Source: Candidatus Micrarchaeota archaeon
GTDB taxonomy: Archaea; Micrarchaeota; Micrarchaeia; Anstonellales; Bilamarchaeaceae
NCBI GenBank assembly: GCA_038046765.1
Contig: JBBSVN010000010.1
Location: 22,172-86,171 of the forward strand
Direction of reading: 5' to 3'
Length of the DNA stretch: 64,000 nucleotides
The position numbers were made by a program, and so were the translations under genes. Every line of letters begins with the position of its first letter. Positions within the stretch are counted from its first letter, which is position 1. This document shows, piece by piece, positions 28,878 through 39,233 of the stretch. A model generated the notes under the pieces. That model ran no database searches, had not been told where the DNA came from, and saw nothing but the letters and a program-made list of their open reading frames with translations.

Positions 28878-31800
28878 ATGAATGCAAAATCAATCTTCTT
28901 CCTATTGTTTGTATGTTTTGTTAGTTTATCTGGTTTAGCTTTTTCTCTTCCACCTGCTCCAACAGGTGGCGCATCGGTAACTTCGTGCAATGTTTGTGAA
29001 GATTTATCTTCGTATCAATCTTCATACATGAATCTCATTCCTAATGAACAAACTTACAGCATTAATGTTGGGTTTTCTTCAGGAGCGCAGCGATTACCTG
29101 TTGGTAATGCACCAATAATGGTAAGAATAACGCCTCAGGCTGCAGGTGCGCAACAAGGCTCTGGAGTAAGTGCAAATGCAGGAAATGCTGGTGATGGTGG
29201 AATAACACAACAACCACAACAAAGGTTTGTTCGTATATATACTAATTCGCAAGGAATTGCAAATTTTGATTTTAGTACTTATAGTGATAGTTGTAATAAT
29301 TACGAATTTTTCTATTGTTATTCTTCACGAAGTTGCGGGTTTGCAAATTGTTTGGCTGTTTTAGGAATTAATCCAACTACTTACGCAAGTGTCGATGCTG
29401 TTCCTCTAGCTCGAGGTGCAAGTGCTGCATCTGGAACACAAAGTCCGCTTAGGGTATTATCTTCGTCTGCTAAATATTCCTATTGTCCACCGCCTCCAGG
29501 ATTAGGTACAAATGGTCAGGTTCCTGCATTTTGTCTTGCCTTAGTTTTAATTTTTGCATTACTTGGTGGTGCAATGTACGTTGGCGGAAGAAATCCGTTT
29601 ATGATGTTCGATTTTAGCGCTCCAAGGTTAAGTAAACATATAAGGTACAGTGCAAGCGGAAGAAGTTTTAGTGTTGAGCCACTTAATGCGGCTAAGGCTG
29701 TTAGTACGGGAGCTAAACTTGCAACTAGTGCTGGACGAGATGATGTAAAAAAAGCTGAAAAAGGAAATCTTATTGGACAATTTAAGGGTCTAGCAGATAA
29801 AGTTAATATGGTACTTCCAACAGAACGAGGAAGTCAACTAAGGCAAAAAGCAAAAGATGCCAGAGAAGCTATGCGAACTGCTCCTACTGCTGATTCTTCT
29901 TCATCAATTTCAAACAGACTTGGAAGGTCGCTTGGTGATGCCGTTAATTTAGGTAAAGGAATGCCTATATTTTCAATTGGTGATAAAGCCAAATCTACTT
30001 TTGCTAGTGGCTTAGAGACAGGTGGAGACATATCAAAGAAACTTGGAATACCATCTATAGTTGGAAAATTTTTAGGAGTTGCAGGTGGTTTTCTTGGTGC
30101 ATTTATCGCAGGAACATCAATCGGTATGCTCGTTTTAGATTTAGTTCGTTCAATGAAAGATGTTGGAAATGCATGGAACGCACATGGTAGTACAAAAGAA
30201 GCAGTAGAAGCTATGCAAGCAAGAACCTGCTTTGGACAATACTGCTATGAACAAAAAATTAAGACTGAACCTATGCTTGATAAAGACGGAAAACCAGTTC
30301 TAGGAAAAGAAGGTTTACCTATGCAAGTTCCTGTTTTAGATAAAAATGGACAGCCTCAGGTACTTTCTGTTCAATGGTATAATGGAAGTAAAAAAGTTAA
30401 TGAATATGATATGCTACTTGATTCAAAAGGTAAATCTGTACTAGGCACTGATGGCAAACCTGTTTTAATATCTAATATTCCTTCCGTTGTTAAAAACGAA
30501 ATGCTTCTAGATAGAAACTTTAAATTCGAGCGATTATTCGCAACTTTGCAAAAAGTAACTGCCGGTGAAATACGAGATCATAAACAAGCAGCTATGGAAA
30601 AGTTTGAATCATTCGTAGATGTTGATCCTAAGAAATTTGTTGCTTCAGTGCAGGCAGTTTCAAAAGAACTTAAAGCAAAGGTTGCTGCACTAGAAAAATT
30701 ACCTCAAGATACGCAAACCAAGGAAAAGATTGCTGAACTTAAATCTGTAGTTGCAAAAATAGATGTGGTAATTTCGCAGTCAAAAGGTAATTATGACTTA
30801 GCTTCAGTTAAGTTTGGCTTATTAGGCACAGAATTCAAGGATGCATTAACTAAATCGATTGGTTTTGAATTTACTGGTAAAAAATCTGTAGTTTCCTTAT
30901 CAGCTGAACTTGATTCTAAGTTAGATGAACTTAAGAAATTACCTGCGACCGCAGAAACTACTTCAAAAATTGCAGAACTTAATACACTTATTTCAAAAGT
31001 CAATGGGGTCATATCGGAATCAAAAGGTAATTTAGATTTAGCTTCAACTAAATTAGATTCACTGGGTGCTGGTTTTAAGGATTCTTTAACTCAATCTCTT
31101 GGTTCAGAACGTGGAGAAAAATTACTTCTTACAATGGAAGCAGCTGCTACAAAAGGAGCTTTAGAAATTGGTGCAGTAAGTACAATTAAAGAAAATATAT
31201 CTTTCAAATTAAATAATCTAGCTGCTGATGGGAAATTAGATTCTAAGGAATTAAAAGAACTTAAAACAGAATTAGTCCAAGCAGAAAAATCTGGAGATTA
31301 CAGTAAAGTAACTGCAATCGTTTGCGGAATGGAATCAAACACATCTCAAAAATCTGCGTTAGTTAGTGCAGTAGGAGAAAAAGCTGCAGAATTTTTAATT
31401 AGTGATGCAAGTACATTAAAAAATGCTCAGGCAACAATTGCGAAAGTCGAAACACTGCTTGCAGCAATTCCAGCAAAACAAATTGATAAATTAGATTTAG
31501 ACGACTTGAAAAAATTAGTTGATGAAAAGAAATACGACCAAATTTTAGAGTACGTTGCAAAGCCATCTAATAATTACAAACTTCAAGGTTTGGCAGTTGA
31601 AACAGAAGGAGCTAAAGTTGCTGTTGTTACTTTTGATTCCAAGGATGTTTCATCTGGTAAAATTTCTCTAAACGGTGCCAAGGAATTTGACTTCGTAGTT
31701 TCTTCAAAATCTCTTAGTGCAACAGAGAAAGTTGAATATGGTAAAAAAGCAGAAGCACTTGCAGAAGCTCTTTCAACACTTCCAGCTGAACAAAGAACTG

Positions 31801-33611
31801 AATATGGTTTAGACAAAATAATTAATGCATTAGCTAGTGGCAATGCGGACAGTGTACAACAAGCATTTTACTCTGCCAAACTTCCAAAAGACCTAAATGA
31901 TAAACTTGAAGAAGGATTATCTTCTGCCAGAGCAAGTACATACGTTGCAGAAATAAATAAAAATGTCAAAGACTTACCTTCATCTGTTTTTGCTGCAATC
32001 GAGTTAAATCGTGCAATTGAAGATGGTAACTTTAATAATTTTTCAAAAATAATGACTGCCAGATCAAACAATGCATTTACCGAGTCCCTTATGCAGTTTT
32101 CCTATACTAATCGTGAACTAGTTGCTGATTTGACATCAGTAAAACTTAGTGAACACTTAGTAATGTCAGCTCAGCAAAATGAAGACTTATTAAAGAAAAT
32201 GAATGTTCAATTAGAATCCTTTGGTGCTGACGCAAATAAATACCAGGGAATTAGTTCAAAATATCTTGGTAAAGCCGGAGATGAATTTACAGAAGTTGTT
32301 CGTGATGCAAGTCCAGAAAAACTTTTAGAACTTAGTATGAAATATGAAAAAGACAAACAACTACTTTCAGCCGATGCTTCAAAATATGGTCTTAAACCAG
32401 AAGAGTTTAAACGAGACTTATCTGCAATGTACTCATTATCGTTAGGTTTAGAAGAAACCTATCAAAGAAACAAATCTGCTGCTGATGGAATATACATGCA
32501 AGGAATGACTTTTGTTGCTCCTTCGTTAGCTGCACAGGAAATTCTAAGTGCAACAATGCCAAAAGCACCAACAGTACCAACTTACAATGATTCAACTAAA
32601 ATGCGCGATGTTTTAGAACACGCAGCAGACAGCGTTGAATTAGCAGAGCGTGATAGGTTAAGATTCCAGGCACAGCTTAGTGCGAGTTTAGTTAATCCTA
32701 AGATTGACTTTTCGATATTCCAAATTTCACCTGGTGCAGCAACACAAATTCCTCCTGCTGTTCAGAGGGATTATTATCGTGATATTGGGAGTTATTATGA
32801 TAAAGTTGCAAATGGAAATGAAAGTAAGTATTCTGAAAATTTTGCAACTCTAGGAAAAATAATGGGGCAGCTCGCAGAAGAAAAAAATCCTGAAAGAGCC
32901 AAGGAATTAATTGTTTGTGCAAGAGCTATTGCAAATAATACTGGTACTGCCGATACATATTATCAATATGCCGAAAGAGCAGATCCTGACAAACCAGGTT
33001 ATTTAGAAGGTTTTAATCGTTCAAGAAGAATTGCTGAAGCTAGAGATACTGCTCAGACTGATGCTCTAAAATCTTTACCTAAAAAAGATATTGATGAGTT
33101 TACTAAAAATACTTTTTCAGGAGATTTAATCCCTTCTTATGAAACAACCAATCCGGTAGAAAAAAAGAAGAATGACGAATTCCGTAAAGATGTACTATCT
33201 AAAATAAAGGGGGGCACTACTGATGAAAAAATTGAGTTTATGGTAAAATATTCTAAAGATGATGTCGTTGATAAATTTTTATTAGAACATAATGCTACTT
33301 TATCTAAGGAAGGTAAAAAACCTGAAGTAGTTTCCTATGAAAAAGTGCTTGGAGAATTTGCTATCTGGGAAACAAAAGAAAGTGCTGCTGTTGAAATGAT
33401 GAAAGCTTCAAAAGATAAGAAATCTCCAGAATTGCAACCATTCGAACCTCCTAAATTTTCATTCCTTGATCAGGATAAATACAAATCGATAAGGACTGCA
33501 TCGGAACGTTCTTATTCATCAGAAGAATACAAAGACATATATGATATAGGAACTTCAGGTAGTAGAGGAATGCGTTACGATCCAATACTAAAACGCATGG
33601 TTTATGAATAG
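28878..33611 (+). CDS. 1577-aa membrane protein: signal peptide, Cys-rich ectodomain, TM, Gly-rich hydrophobic segment, long helical region with internal repeats
   Basis: Signal peptide ending AFS; TM FCLALVLIFALLGGAMYV; DxxGxP repeats; duplication with 80-aa period. Confidence 0.75.
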   Translation: MNAKSIFFLLFVCFVSLSGLAFSLPPAPTGGASVTSCNVCEDLSSYQSSYMNLIPNEQTYSINVGFSSGAQRLPVGNAPIMVRITPQAAGAQQGSGVSANAGNAGDGGITQQPQQRFVRIYTNSQGIANFDFSTYSDSCNNYEFFYCYSSRSCGFANCLAVLGINPTTYASVDAVPLARGASAASGTQSPLRVLSSSAKYSYCPPPPGLGTNGQVPAFCLALVLIFALLGGAMYVGGRNPFMMFDFSAPRLSKHIRYSASGRSFSVEPLNAAKAVSTGAKLATSAGRDDVKKAEKGNLIGQFKGLADKVNMVLPTERGSQLRQKAKDAREAMRTAPTADSSSSISNRLGRSLGDAVNLGKGMPIFSIGDKAKSTFASGLETGGDISKKLGIPSIVGKFLGVAGGFLGAFIAGTSIGMLVLDLVRSMKDVGNAWNAHGSTKEAVEAMQARTCFGQYCYEQKIKTEPMLDKDGKPVLGKEGLPMQVPVLDKNGQPQVLSVQWYNGSKKVNEYDMLLDSKGKSVLGTDGKPVLISNIPSVVKNEMLLDRNFKFERLFATLQKVTAGEIRDHKQAAMEKFESFVDVDPKKFVASVQAVSKELKAKVAALEKLPQDTQTKEKIAELKSVVAKIDVVISQSKGNYDLASVKFGLLGTEFKDALTKSIGFEFTGKKSVVSLSAELDSKLDELKKLPATAETTSKIAELNTLISKVNGVISESKGNLDLASTKLDSLGAGFKDSLTQSLGSERGEKLLLTMEAAATKGALEIGAVSTIKENISFKLNNLAADGKLDSKELKELKTELVQAEKSGDYSKVTAIVCGMESNTSQKSALVSAVGEKAAEFLISDASTLKNAQATIAKVETLLAAIPAKQIDKLDLDDLKKLVDEKKYDQILEYVAKPSNNYKLQGLAVETEGAKVAVVTFDSKDVSSGKISLNGAKEFDFVVSSKSLSATEKVEYGKKAEALAEALSTLPAEQRTEYGLDKIINALASGNADSVQQAFYSAKLPKDLNDKLEEGLSSARASTYVAEINKNVKDLPSSVFAAIELNRAIEDGNFNNFSKIMTARSNNAFTESLMQFSYTNRELVADLTSVKLSEHLVMSAQQNEDLLKKMNVQLESFGADANKYQGISSKYLGKAGDEFTEVVRDASPEKLLELSMKYEKDKQLLSADASKYGLKPEEFKRDLSAMYSLSLGLEETYQRNKSAADGIYMQGMTFVAPSLAAQEILSATMPKAPTVPTYNDSTKMRDVLEHAADSVELAERDRLRFQAQLSASLVNPKIDFSIFQISPGAATQIPPAVQRDYYRDIGSYYDKVANGNESKYSENFATLGKIMGQLAEEKNPERAKELIVCARAIANNTGTADTYYQYAERADPDKPGYLEGFNRSRRIAEARDTAQTDALKSLPKKDIDEFTKNTFSGDLIPSYETTNPVEKKKNDEFRKDVLSKIKGGTTDEKIEFMVKYSKDDVVDKFLLEHNATLSKEGKKPEVVSYEKVLGEFAIWETKESAAVEMMKASKDKKSPELQPFEPPKFSFLDQDKYKSIRTASERSYSSEEYKDIYDIGTSGSRGMRYDPILKRMVYE

Positions 33612-33623
33612 TCTAAATTCGTA

Positions 33624-34193
33624 ATGCTTTTAACCCCTCCCTCCATAATATATAACATGCAAAAACTAAAATTTAGTAGAAGTAAAATACTTACGGCTGT
33701 TTCATTAGCCTTTCTTTTAACTAGTTGTAAAAATAAAAGCGAAAACTTAAAAACTTCTGATGCGTCAGCTATTCCTGATGGTGCAATTATGGGAGATGAA
33801 GGAAAATTAAAAGGCTTGGTGCCGAAAAAGACATCAAATCTAGAAGGACTTACGCCAGAAGTAAGGGAATTTACGATTACAATAAGAGATATGCTCAAAT
33901 CCTTAGATAATTTAGCAAAGAATCCAAATCCAAAATTAAAGAAAATGAATACTGAACTTTCTAACCTAGAAGATAGAATCGAGAAAACACCCGTAACAGA
34001 TAAACCTACGTTGATTAAACTGATGGCAGAACTTAAAAGTTACGAAAAAAAAATAAAAGAGCAGGCTGAAAAAGGAAGCGAAGGAGACAAAGCGCGTTAT
34101 CAGTTAATGAGGGGAAAATTTCATGAAATGGGTCGTGATCTCACACTTAAAATAGCAGAATCAAACCGAAGAAAAGATATACTTAAAAATTGA
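33624..34193 (+). CDS. Lipoprotein-like coiled-coil orphan (start probably at MQKLK)
   Basis: LLTSC lipobox; helical, Lys/Glu-rich. Confidence 0.55.
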   Translation: MLLTPPSIIYNMQKLKFSRSKILTAVSLAFLLTSCKNKSENLKTSDASAIPDGAIMGDEGKLKGLVPKKTSNLEGLTPEVREFTITIRDMLKSLDNLAKNPNPKLKKMNTELSNLEDRIEKTPVTDKPTLIKLMAELKSYEKKIKEQAEKGSEGDKARYQLMRGKFHEMGRDLTLKIAESNRRKDILKN

Positions 34194-34197
34194 AAAA

Positions 34198-35502
34198 CTA
34201 GTCCATAATTCCTGAGCTTTTAAGAATTGGACTGGATTTATTAAAAAATCGTACGGCAAATGGATCCGAACTAATCGTCATGCTAAGTTTCGCGTACTTT
34301 TCAGGGTTTGACTGTAATTCATTAAGAAAAACCATTATTGGTCTTGCAGCTCGGATATCTGCGCGTTCATAATTCTTATCTTTTAATTCCATAGATAAAA
34401 GGGAAATCTGGATCGTCTCATTTTTAGTTAATTCTAATGAAGGCGTATTTGAAAAAAGTTCCCTGCGGTCAAATGCCTTGTTGAAAAAACCAGCTCCGAA
34501 TACTGCATCGACAGAATCTCTCATTTTAGTAATGTCTCCTTTACTTAACGCATCTTTAGCTCCGGGAATTTTTTCAATTATTGCATAAACTGTTCCAGCA
34601 ACTGGATAAACCATATCTCCTGAAACTCTGGATTCTTCCAATGTTGCTCTTCCTTCATTTAATGCGGTTGGGATGCTGCTACTTGAAGCAAGGCCACGTG
34701 CTCTAACTGCACGGTCAAGCTCGGCATGAGTTAATTCATGAACTAGTGTTCCTTTAAGCAAATTTGGATTTTGGCGTATTTCACCTAGATCAACTATAAT
34801 CGTGCCGCGTTTGTCCTCTCCGTAAGCGATGTTTTGATAAACTGCCTGACCCCTTACTTCTCCAGAAGGTACAATTTTGATTAAAGGCAAATCTTTTGAT
34901 AACGAATTAAAATCAGGGGATTTAGTTGCAAGATATGAAGCGGCGGCTGCTAGTTCTTGTTGTGCAAACATAATAATTTGTTGATCAGTCCCAGTTTTCA
35001 AATAAGACAAATCTCTTTCAGGCACCTTTAATCTAGAAACTTTTTCTCCCTCAATTATTGTTGCAGTTGGCTTTTTAGATTCAATTAGTTTATCAACAAA
35101 ACTTTTCAATTCTTTACTGCCTTGTTGGTATTCTGCCCAACCTTGTTCTTTGTTTTCTGGTATAATTCCATACTTTGAAGTTATGCTATACATTTGTTCC
35201 ATCTGGGACAAATTCAATAACTTTCCACTTTTTTTCAAAGACACCCGGTAAAAATCCATTTCAATTTTTAATGCTACAAATGGGCTAGTACTCGCTAATT
35301 CCCTAAATATTTCTTTTTTTACTTCGCTCTTTAAATCGCCTGATTTTTTAGATTGGTCGATTGCACGGCTAATTGCATCCTGCTTTGATTGATCTGATAA
35401 TGTTGCACCATATTTTCGATAGTTGTCCATTACAGTAGAAACAATTTTTTGTGCTTCTTCTTGTAATTTATTTAAGGGAGTAGAAATTTCTTTTTCAACC
35501 AT
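34198..35502 (-). CDS. Zincin-like metallopeptidase domain protein
   Basis: LVHELTH...LNEGRA (HExxH plus downstream E). Confidence 0.6.
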   Translation of the reverse strand: MVEKEISTPLNKLQEEAQKIVSTVMDNYRKYGATLSDQSKQDAISRAIDQSKKSGDLKSEVKKEIFRELASTSPFVALKIEMDFYRVSLKKSGKLLNLSQMEQMYSITSKYGIIPENKEQGWAEYQQGSKELKSFVDKLIESKKPTATIIEGEKVSRLKVPERDLSYLKTGTDQQIIMFAQQELAAAASYLATKSPDFNSLSKDLPLIKIVPSGEVRGQAVYQNIAYGEDKRGTIIVDLGEIRQNPNLLKGTLVHELTHAELDRAVRARGLASSSSIPTALNEGRATLEESRVSGDMVYPVAGTVYAIIEKIPGAKDALSKGDITKMRDSVDAVFGAGFFNKAFDRRELFSNTPSLELTKNETIQISLLSMELKDKNYERADIRAARPIMVFLNELQSNPEKYAKLSMTISSDPFAVRFFNKSSPILKSSGIMD

Positions 35503-35589
35503 ATTAATATAAATGTGTTAATAATTAAAAGATAGCTTATCTAAAAAGATTATACAAAGTAAATTAAATCTCTGCTAGCATTATTTCTT

Positions 35590-37335
35590 ATGCAAATATT
35601 ATGTAAACCCATCATTTTTATATTATTTTTGTTCATTCTTAGCTCCACATCATTTTCCGATAATACGTTTAGTAGGTTAAGGTTCGTAGCTACAAATCAG
35701 TTCTCTGCCCCTTTAGAAAATGTTTCATTTTTTCTGCAGTGTAATGTTGATTCTTCACCAATGCCAATATTTCCGATGAATGGCAAAACTTTTATCTGCC
35801 AGTCAAATAAAGCGGGTATTTGTGACCCTGGTGCATGTTTTGCCTGTTCTGCAAATTCTACTGCGACAGTTTACGCAGATTATTATGGTGAAGAAGTTTC
35901 CCAGTCAATAATTCGCTGGCAAGGATACCGCTATTATACGGACTGTTACGCTATAACTGCTCCTGCAAATACACTTTCCCCATTTATCTTTAGAGATTAT
36001 GAGCTTATTATACAATTAAGGGATCAGAATAGTGATTATGTAAAAGGAGCAAATATAATTGTGAGTTCCCTAAATTATTTTTATGCAACATGCCAGACTG
36101 ATGAAGTCGGTGAATGTATACTATATAATGTTCCTCAAGGTACCAGCTACAATGTAAAAGCAACTTACAATGATGCACAGATTGGGGATTCTTTTGCGCT
36201 AAATGATAACAAGATCCTTAAACTAATAATTAATATTAAGCCAAAGTTATATAATTTAGAATTTAGGTTCTTTGATAAAAATAATAAACCAGTAAGTGGA
36301 TTTGAACTTTTTGTATATTCCAATACTAAGTCCGCCTATCTGATTAATATAAAATCTACCAAAGTTAAAGAACTTGTTCAGATGTCTAAAGGAGATTCAA
36401 TAAGTTATATCGCAAAATACCAGAATAATACCATAAAAACTGAAACATTCACAGCCGATTCAGATAAAAATATTTCCATCATCTTAAGCTGCGAATTATG
36501 CAATGATGGAGTTTGTAAATTGTCTTGTGCATTGCCAGCAATTCCTCAAGCAATCAATAATTCTAGTACTACTGAAGTTAATATTTCAATAAATAGTTCC
36601 CTAAATATAACCCAAAATAACATTTCCTTAGATGATTTCCTATACATCATAAATAAAATTGACTTACTTGTCCAAAAGGAAAAACAGAAAAAGCCTAAGC
36701 TAAAACTAGTTTTTGTACCCATTGGATATAATGAAACAGATTACGAAGATTTTAAACAGATCGCCCAAGTCTCAGTTGACCGTTTTCTTGAAGTTAGTCC
36801 ATTAAGGGAATGCAGTAATCCTAGAGATACTGTTGATATCATTCTTATTAACTTAAGTTCTTGCAATATAAACGGCTGCTCAGAAATTTGCGATGATGGG
36901 ACTTTAAATAATTGTCAGGTTCTTGTTCAAAAATGTGTAAAGGAGAATGTTCAAAAATACGACAAAATCATTGGTTTATGCGAGGGAAATTCTTGTGGTA
37001 GCCTTTCTGATGCAGGATGTGCAAATCAAATTCCAGGAGTTAGTGCTGTATTAAATACTCAAAATAGTTTGACTATTTCAAAGAAAAGAGTAACTCATGA
37101 ATTAGGGCACATTTTTGGATTATCTCACATAAAATCAAAAGATGGTTTGAATGGATGTATTGATGATGAACAGGGAGCATGTATCGATCCAAATGGTTCT
37201 GATTGTAGTTTGTCTGCAGAAGAAATCTCAAAAAATATTATGGCTTATTGCCCAATTAGAGAAACGTATGGACCTGCAGGATATCGCTATCTTAAAAATA
37301 TTGTACTTTACAACTATACAAAGGTGTGTAAATGA
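35590..37335 (+). CDS. Secreted metzincin-like metalloprotease with N-terminal beta-sandwich domains
   Basis: Signal peptide; HELGHIFGLSH; Met-turn NIMAY. Confidence 0.75.
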   Translation: MQILCKPIIFILFLFILSSTSFSDNTFSRLRFVATNQFSAPLENVSFFLQCNVDSSPMPIFPMNGKTFICQSNKAGICDPGACFACSANSTATVYADYYGEEVSQSIIRWQGYRYYTDCYAITAPANTLSPFIFRDYELIIQLRDQNSDYVKGANIIVSSLNYFYATCQTDEVGECILYNVPQGTSYNVKATYNDAQIGDSFALNDNKILKLIINIKPKLYNLEFRFFDKNNKPVSGFELFVYSNTKSAYLINIKSTKVKELVQMSKGDSISYIAKYQNNTIKTETFTADSDKNISIILSCELCNDGVCKLSCALPAIPQAINNSSTTEVNISINSSLNITQNNISLDDFLYIINKIDLLVQKEKQKKPKLKLVFVPIGYNETDYEDFKQIAQVSVDRFLEVSPLRECSNPRDTVDIILINLSSCNINGCSEICDDGTLNNCQVLVQKCVKENVQKYDKIIGLCEGNSCGSLSDAGCANQIPGVSAVLNTQNSLTISKKRVTHELGHIFGLSHIKSKDGLNGCIDDEQGACIDPNGSDCSLSAEEISKNIMAYCPIRETYGPAGYRYLKNIVLYNYTKVCK

Positions 37336-37883
37336 AAAATATTCTTTTAATACTTTTCTTTGTCGGTCTTACTTCTTTAATTTATTCTCAAATTTATGAT
37401 TTAAGTTTGCTTATTTATAAAAATGATAGCGCAAAAATAGTTGATATATCTATATCTGATTTTGAGCCTGGCCCATTTCCAACTAGTCTAAATAATAATT
37501 ATCATTTTGAAATTATTGATACGGAAAATAAAATTATTTTTAATCAACCCTTCACAATGAGATTTGTTGTTTATCCAGACCCTTATGAAGATGGAACTGC
37601 AAGGGCTCAAGTAATCAATCTAAATCAAACTTATAGTTTTTGGAGATTACCCTACTTCCAAAATGCAAAAACAATTCAGCTTTATCATGAAAATAAAAAA
37701 ATCTGGGAATACAATGTCGAATACCTTTCTAATAAAACCTCACCCACCTTCCCAGAAAAACGATCTGGAGTTATGGGGGTTATAAATAACAATATTCTTT
37801 TGGTTCTTTCCGGTTTATGTTTGGCTTTCTTAGCTATCCTTGCTTTGGCTTTCTTAGTTTACAAAAAAGTTTTGAAAAAGTGA
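37332..37883 (+). CDS. Secreted protein with C-terminal membrane anchor
   Basis: Signal peptide, C-terminal TM plus KKVLKK; overlaps protease stop. Confidence 0.6.
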   Translation: MKNILLILFFVGLTSLIYSQIYDLSLLIYKNDSAKIVDISISDFEPGPFPTSLNNNYHFEIIDTENKIIFNQPFTMRFVVYPDPYEDGTARAQVINLNQTYSFWRLPYFQNAKTIQLYHENKKIWEYNVEYLSNKTSPTFPEKRSGVMGVINNNILLVLSGLCLAFLAILALAFLVYKKVLKK

Positions 37884-37887
37884 TACT

Positions 37888-38223
37888 ATGAAGACGCAAA
37901 TTTTCCTGTTTACAATCTTATTTTTGACTTTACTCGGTTGCACTCAAACTCCCCAGGGCAAAAACTGTGGGACTGATAAAGAGTGCCTCAAGTCAGCCTT
38001 TACAAGTTGTGAGCAAGCGTATGGAAAATGGGTTGGTAAAAACGGAAATATCGGCATTCAAATTTTAAACAACTCTTCAGACAGTTGCAAAATTATATTT
38101 TTGGTTATGGACAGTAATCTGGAAATATCCAATAAAAGTATAAATTGCAGTTTTTCCCCCTCTAAAAATTTCTCGATTGTAGAAGATTGCAACGGTGAAT
38201 TAAAAACTTTGCTTAGTAATTAA
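37888..38223 (+). CDS. Small Cys-containing lipoprotein-like protein
   Basis: LLGC lipobox; CGTDKEC motif. Confidence 0.6.
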   Translation: MKTQIFLFTILFLTLLGCTQTPQGKNCGTDKECLKSAFTSCEQAYGKWVGKNGNIGIQILNNSSDSCKIIFLVMDSNLEISNKSINCSFSPSKNFSIVEDCNGELKTLLSN

Positions 38224-38240
38224 AACTAAGGTAAATATTT

Positions 38241-38576
38241 ATGGGCATTCTAGACATCTTCAAAACAATGCTAAAGGGAAATTCTAATTCCAACAAAGGT
38301 CAAAAACAAAAATGTCCAAATTGCGGCGAAATTCTATTTCTAAACCAAGAACGTTGCGAAAAATGCGGAATCAGAGTAAAATCAATGTTTAGGATGTCAT
38401 GTCCTAAATGCAAAAATTTAAACGAACTTGATGCAAAAAAATGCACTAAATGCAAATACGATTTTGAAGCAGAGTTTGCAAGGGCAGCTAGGACATTCTT
38501 TGTCTGTCCCATTTGTGGTTATAAAAGTGAAGCATACTTGACAGAATGTCCTGCTTGCAGTACGAGATTTGGCTAG
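38241..38576 (+). CDS. Double zinc ribbon protein
   Basis: Six CxxC pairs in 111 aa. Confidence 0.8.
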   Translation: MGILDIFKTMLKGNSNSNKGQKQKCPNCGEILFLNQERCEKCGIRVKSMFRMSCPKCKNLNELDAKKCTKCKYDFEAEFARAARTFFVCPICGYKSEAYLTECPACSTRFG

Positions 38577-38649
38577 TCACTATTTATTGTCCAATGTTAG
38601 TCCTTTTTATTATTTCTCATTCCTTTATCTATAATATCAATTTGATCAA

Positions 38650-39231
38650 GTGATACTCATGCCTGAAGGAGCATTTAAGATGGAAGAAACCCACAAGAAG
38701 AAAATGGAAGAACATAAACGTAAGTTCACTTATCTTCTTGACGAAGATCATACCGAAGTCAAACGCCTTAGCTTAGAAGATTTAGAAGAAGCCGTAAAAA
38801 TAATGCGAAAGTGCGCTTTTGATGTAACTGATACTGATGTAAAAACAATAATTGTTTATAACAATAGTTTTGGATGCTATGTCAACAGGATGCTAATTGG
38901 TGTTGGTTTATCTTGGCCTGCACATCTTAATTTAGACCAAAAAATCTTAACTGCAGGAGAGCCAAATGCGATATACTTAGAAGACCCAGCCGTATTGCTC
39001 GCTTACGAAGGTCGTGGATTAAGGCGAGTTTTATTACATGAACGGGAAAACGAAGGTAAAAAACTTAATTTAAAATACTCTATTGCATACTTAGCTGAAA
39101 ATATCGAAAAAGGGACTTCTATAGAAGAATCCATTAAAGAAGGCGGTTCGCAATTAGAAAAACTCTACTTATCCGAAGGCTACAAATTTTTTAGGACCGA
39201 TCGCGGGATTATGGCATTAAAAGAATTGTAA
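38650..39231 (+). CDS. GNAT-like acetyltransferase
   Basis: AVLLAYEGRGLRRVLL (motif A-like), LYLSEGYK. Confidence 0.6.
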   Translation: MILMPEGAFKMEETHKKKMEEHKRKFTYLLDEDHTEVKRLSLEDLEEAVKIMRKCAFDVTDTDVKTIIVYNNSFGCYVNRMLIGVGLSWPAHLNLDQKILTAGEPNAIYLEDPAVLLAYEGRGLRRVLLHERENEGKKLNLKYSIAYLAENIEKGTSIEESIKEGGSQLEKLYLSEGYKFFRTDRGIMALKEL

Positions 39232-39233
39232 TT

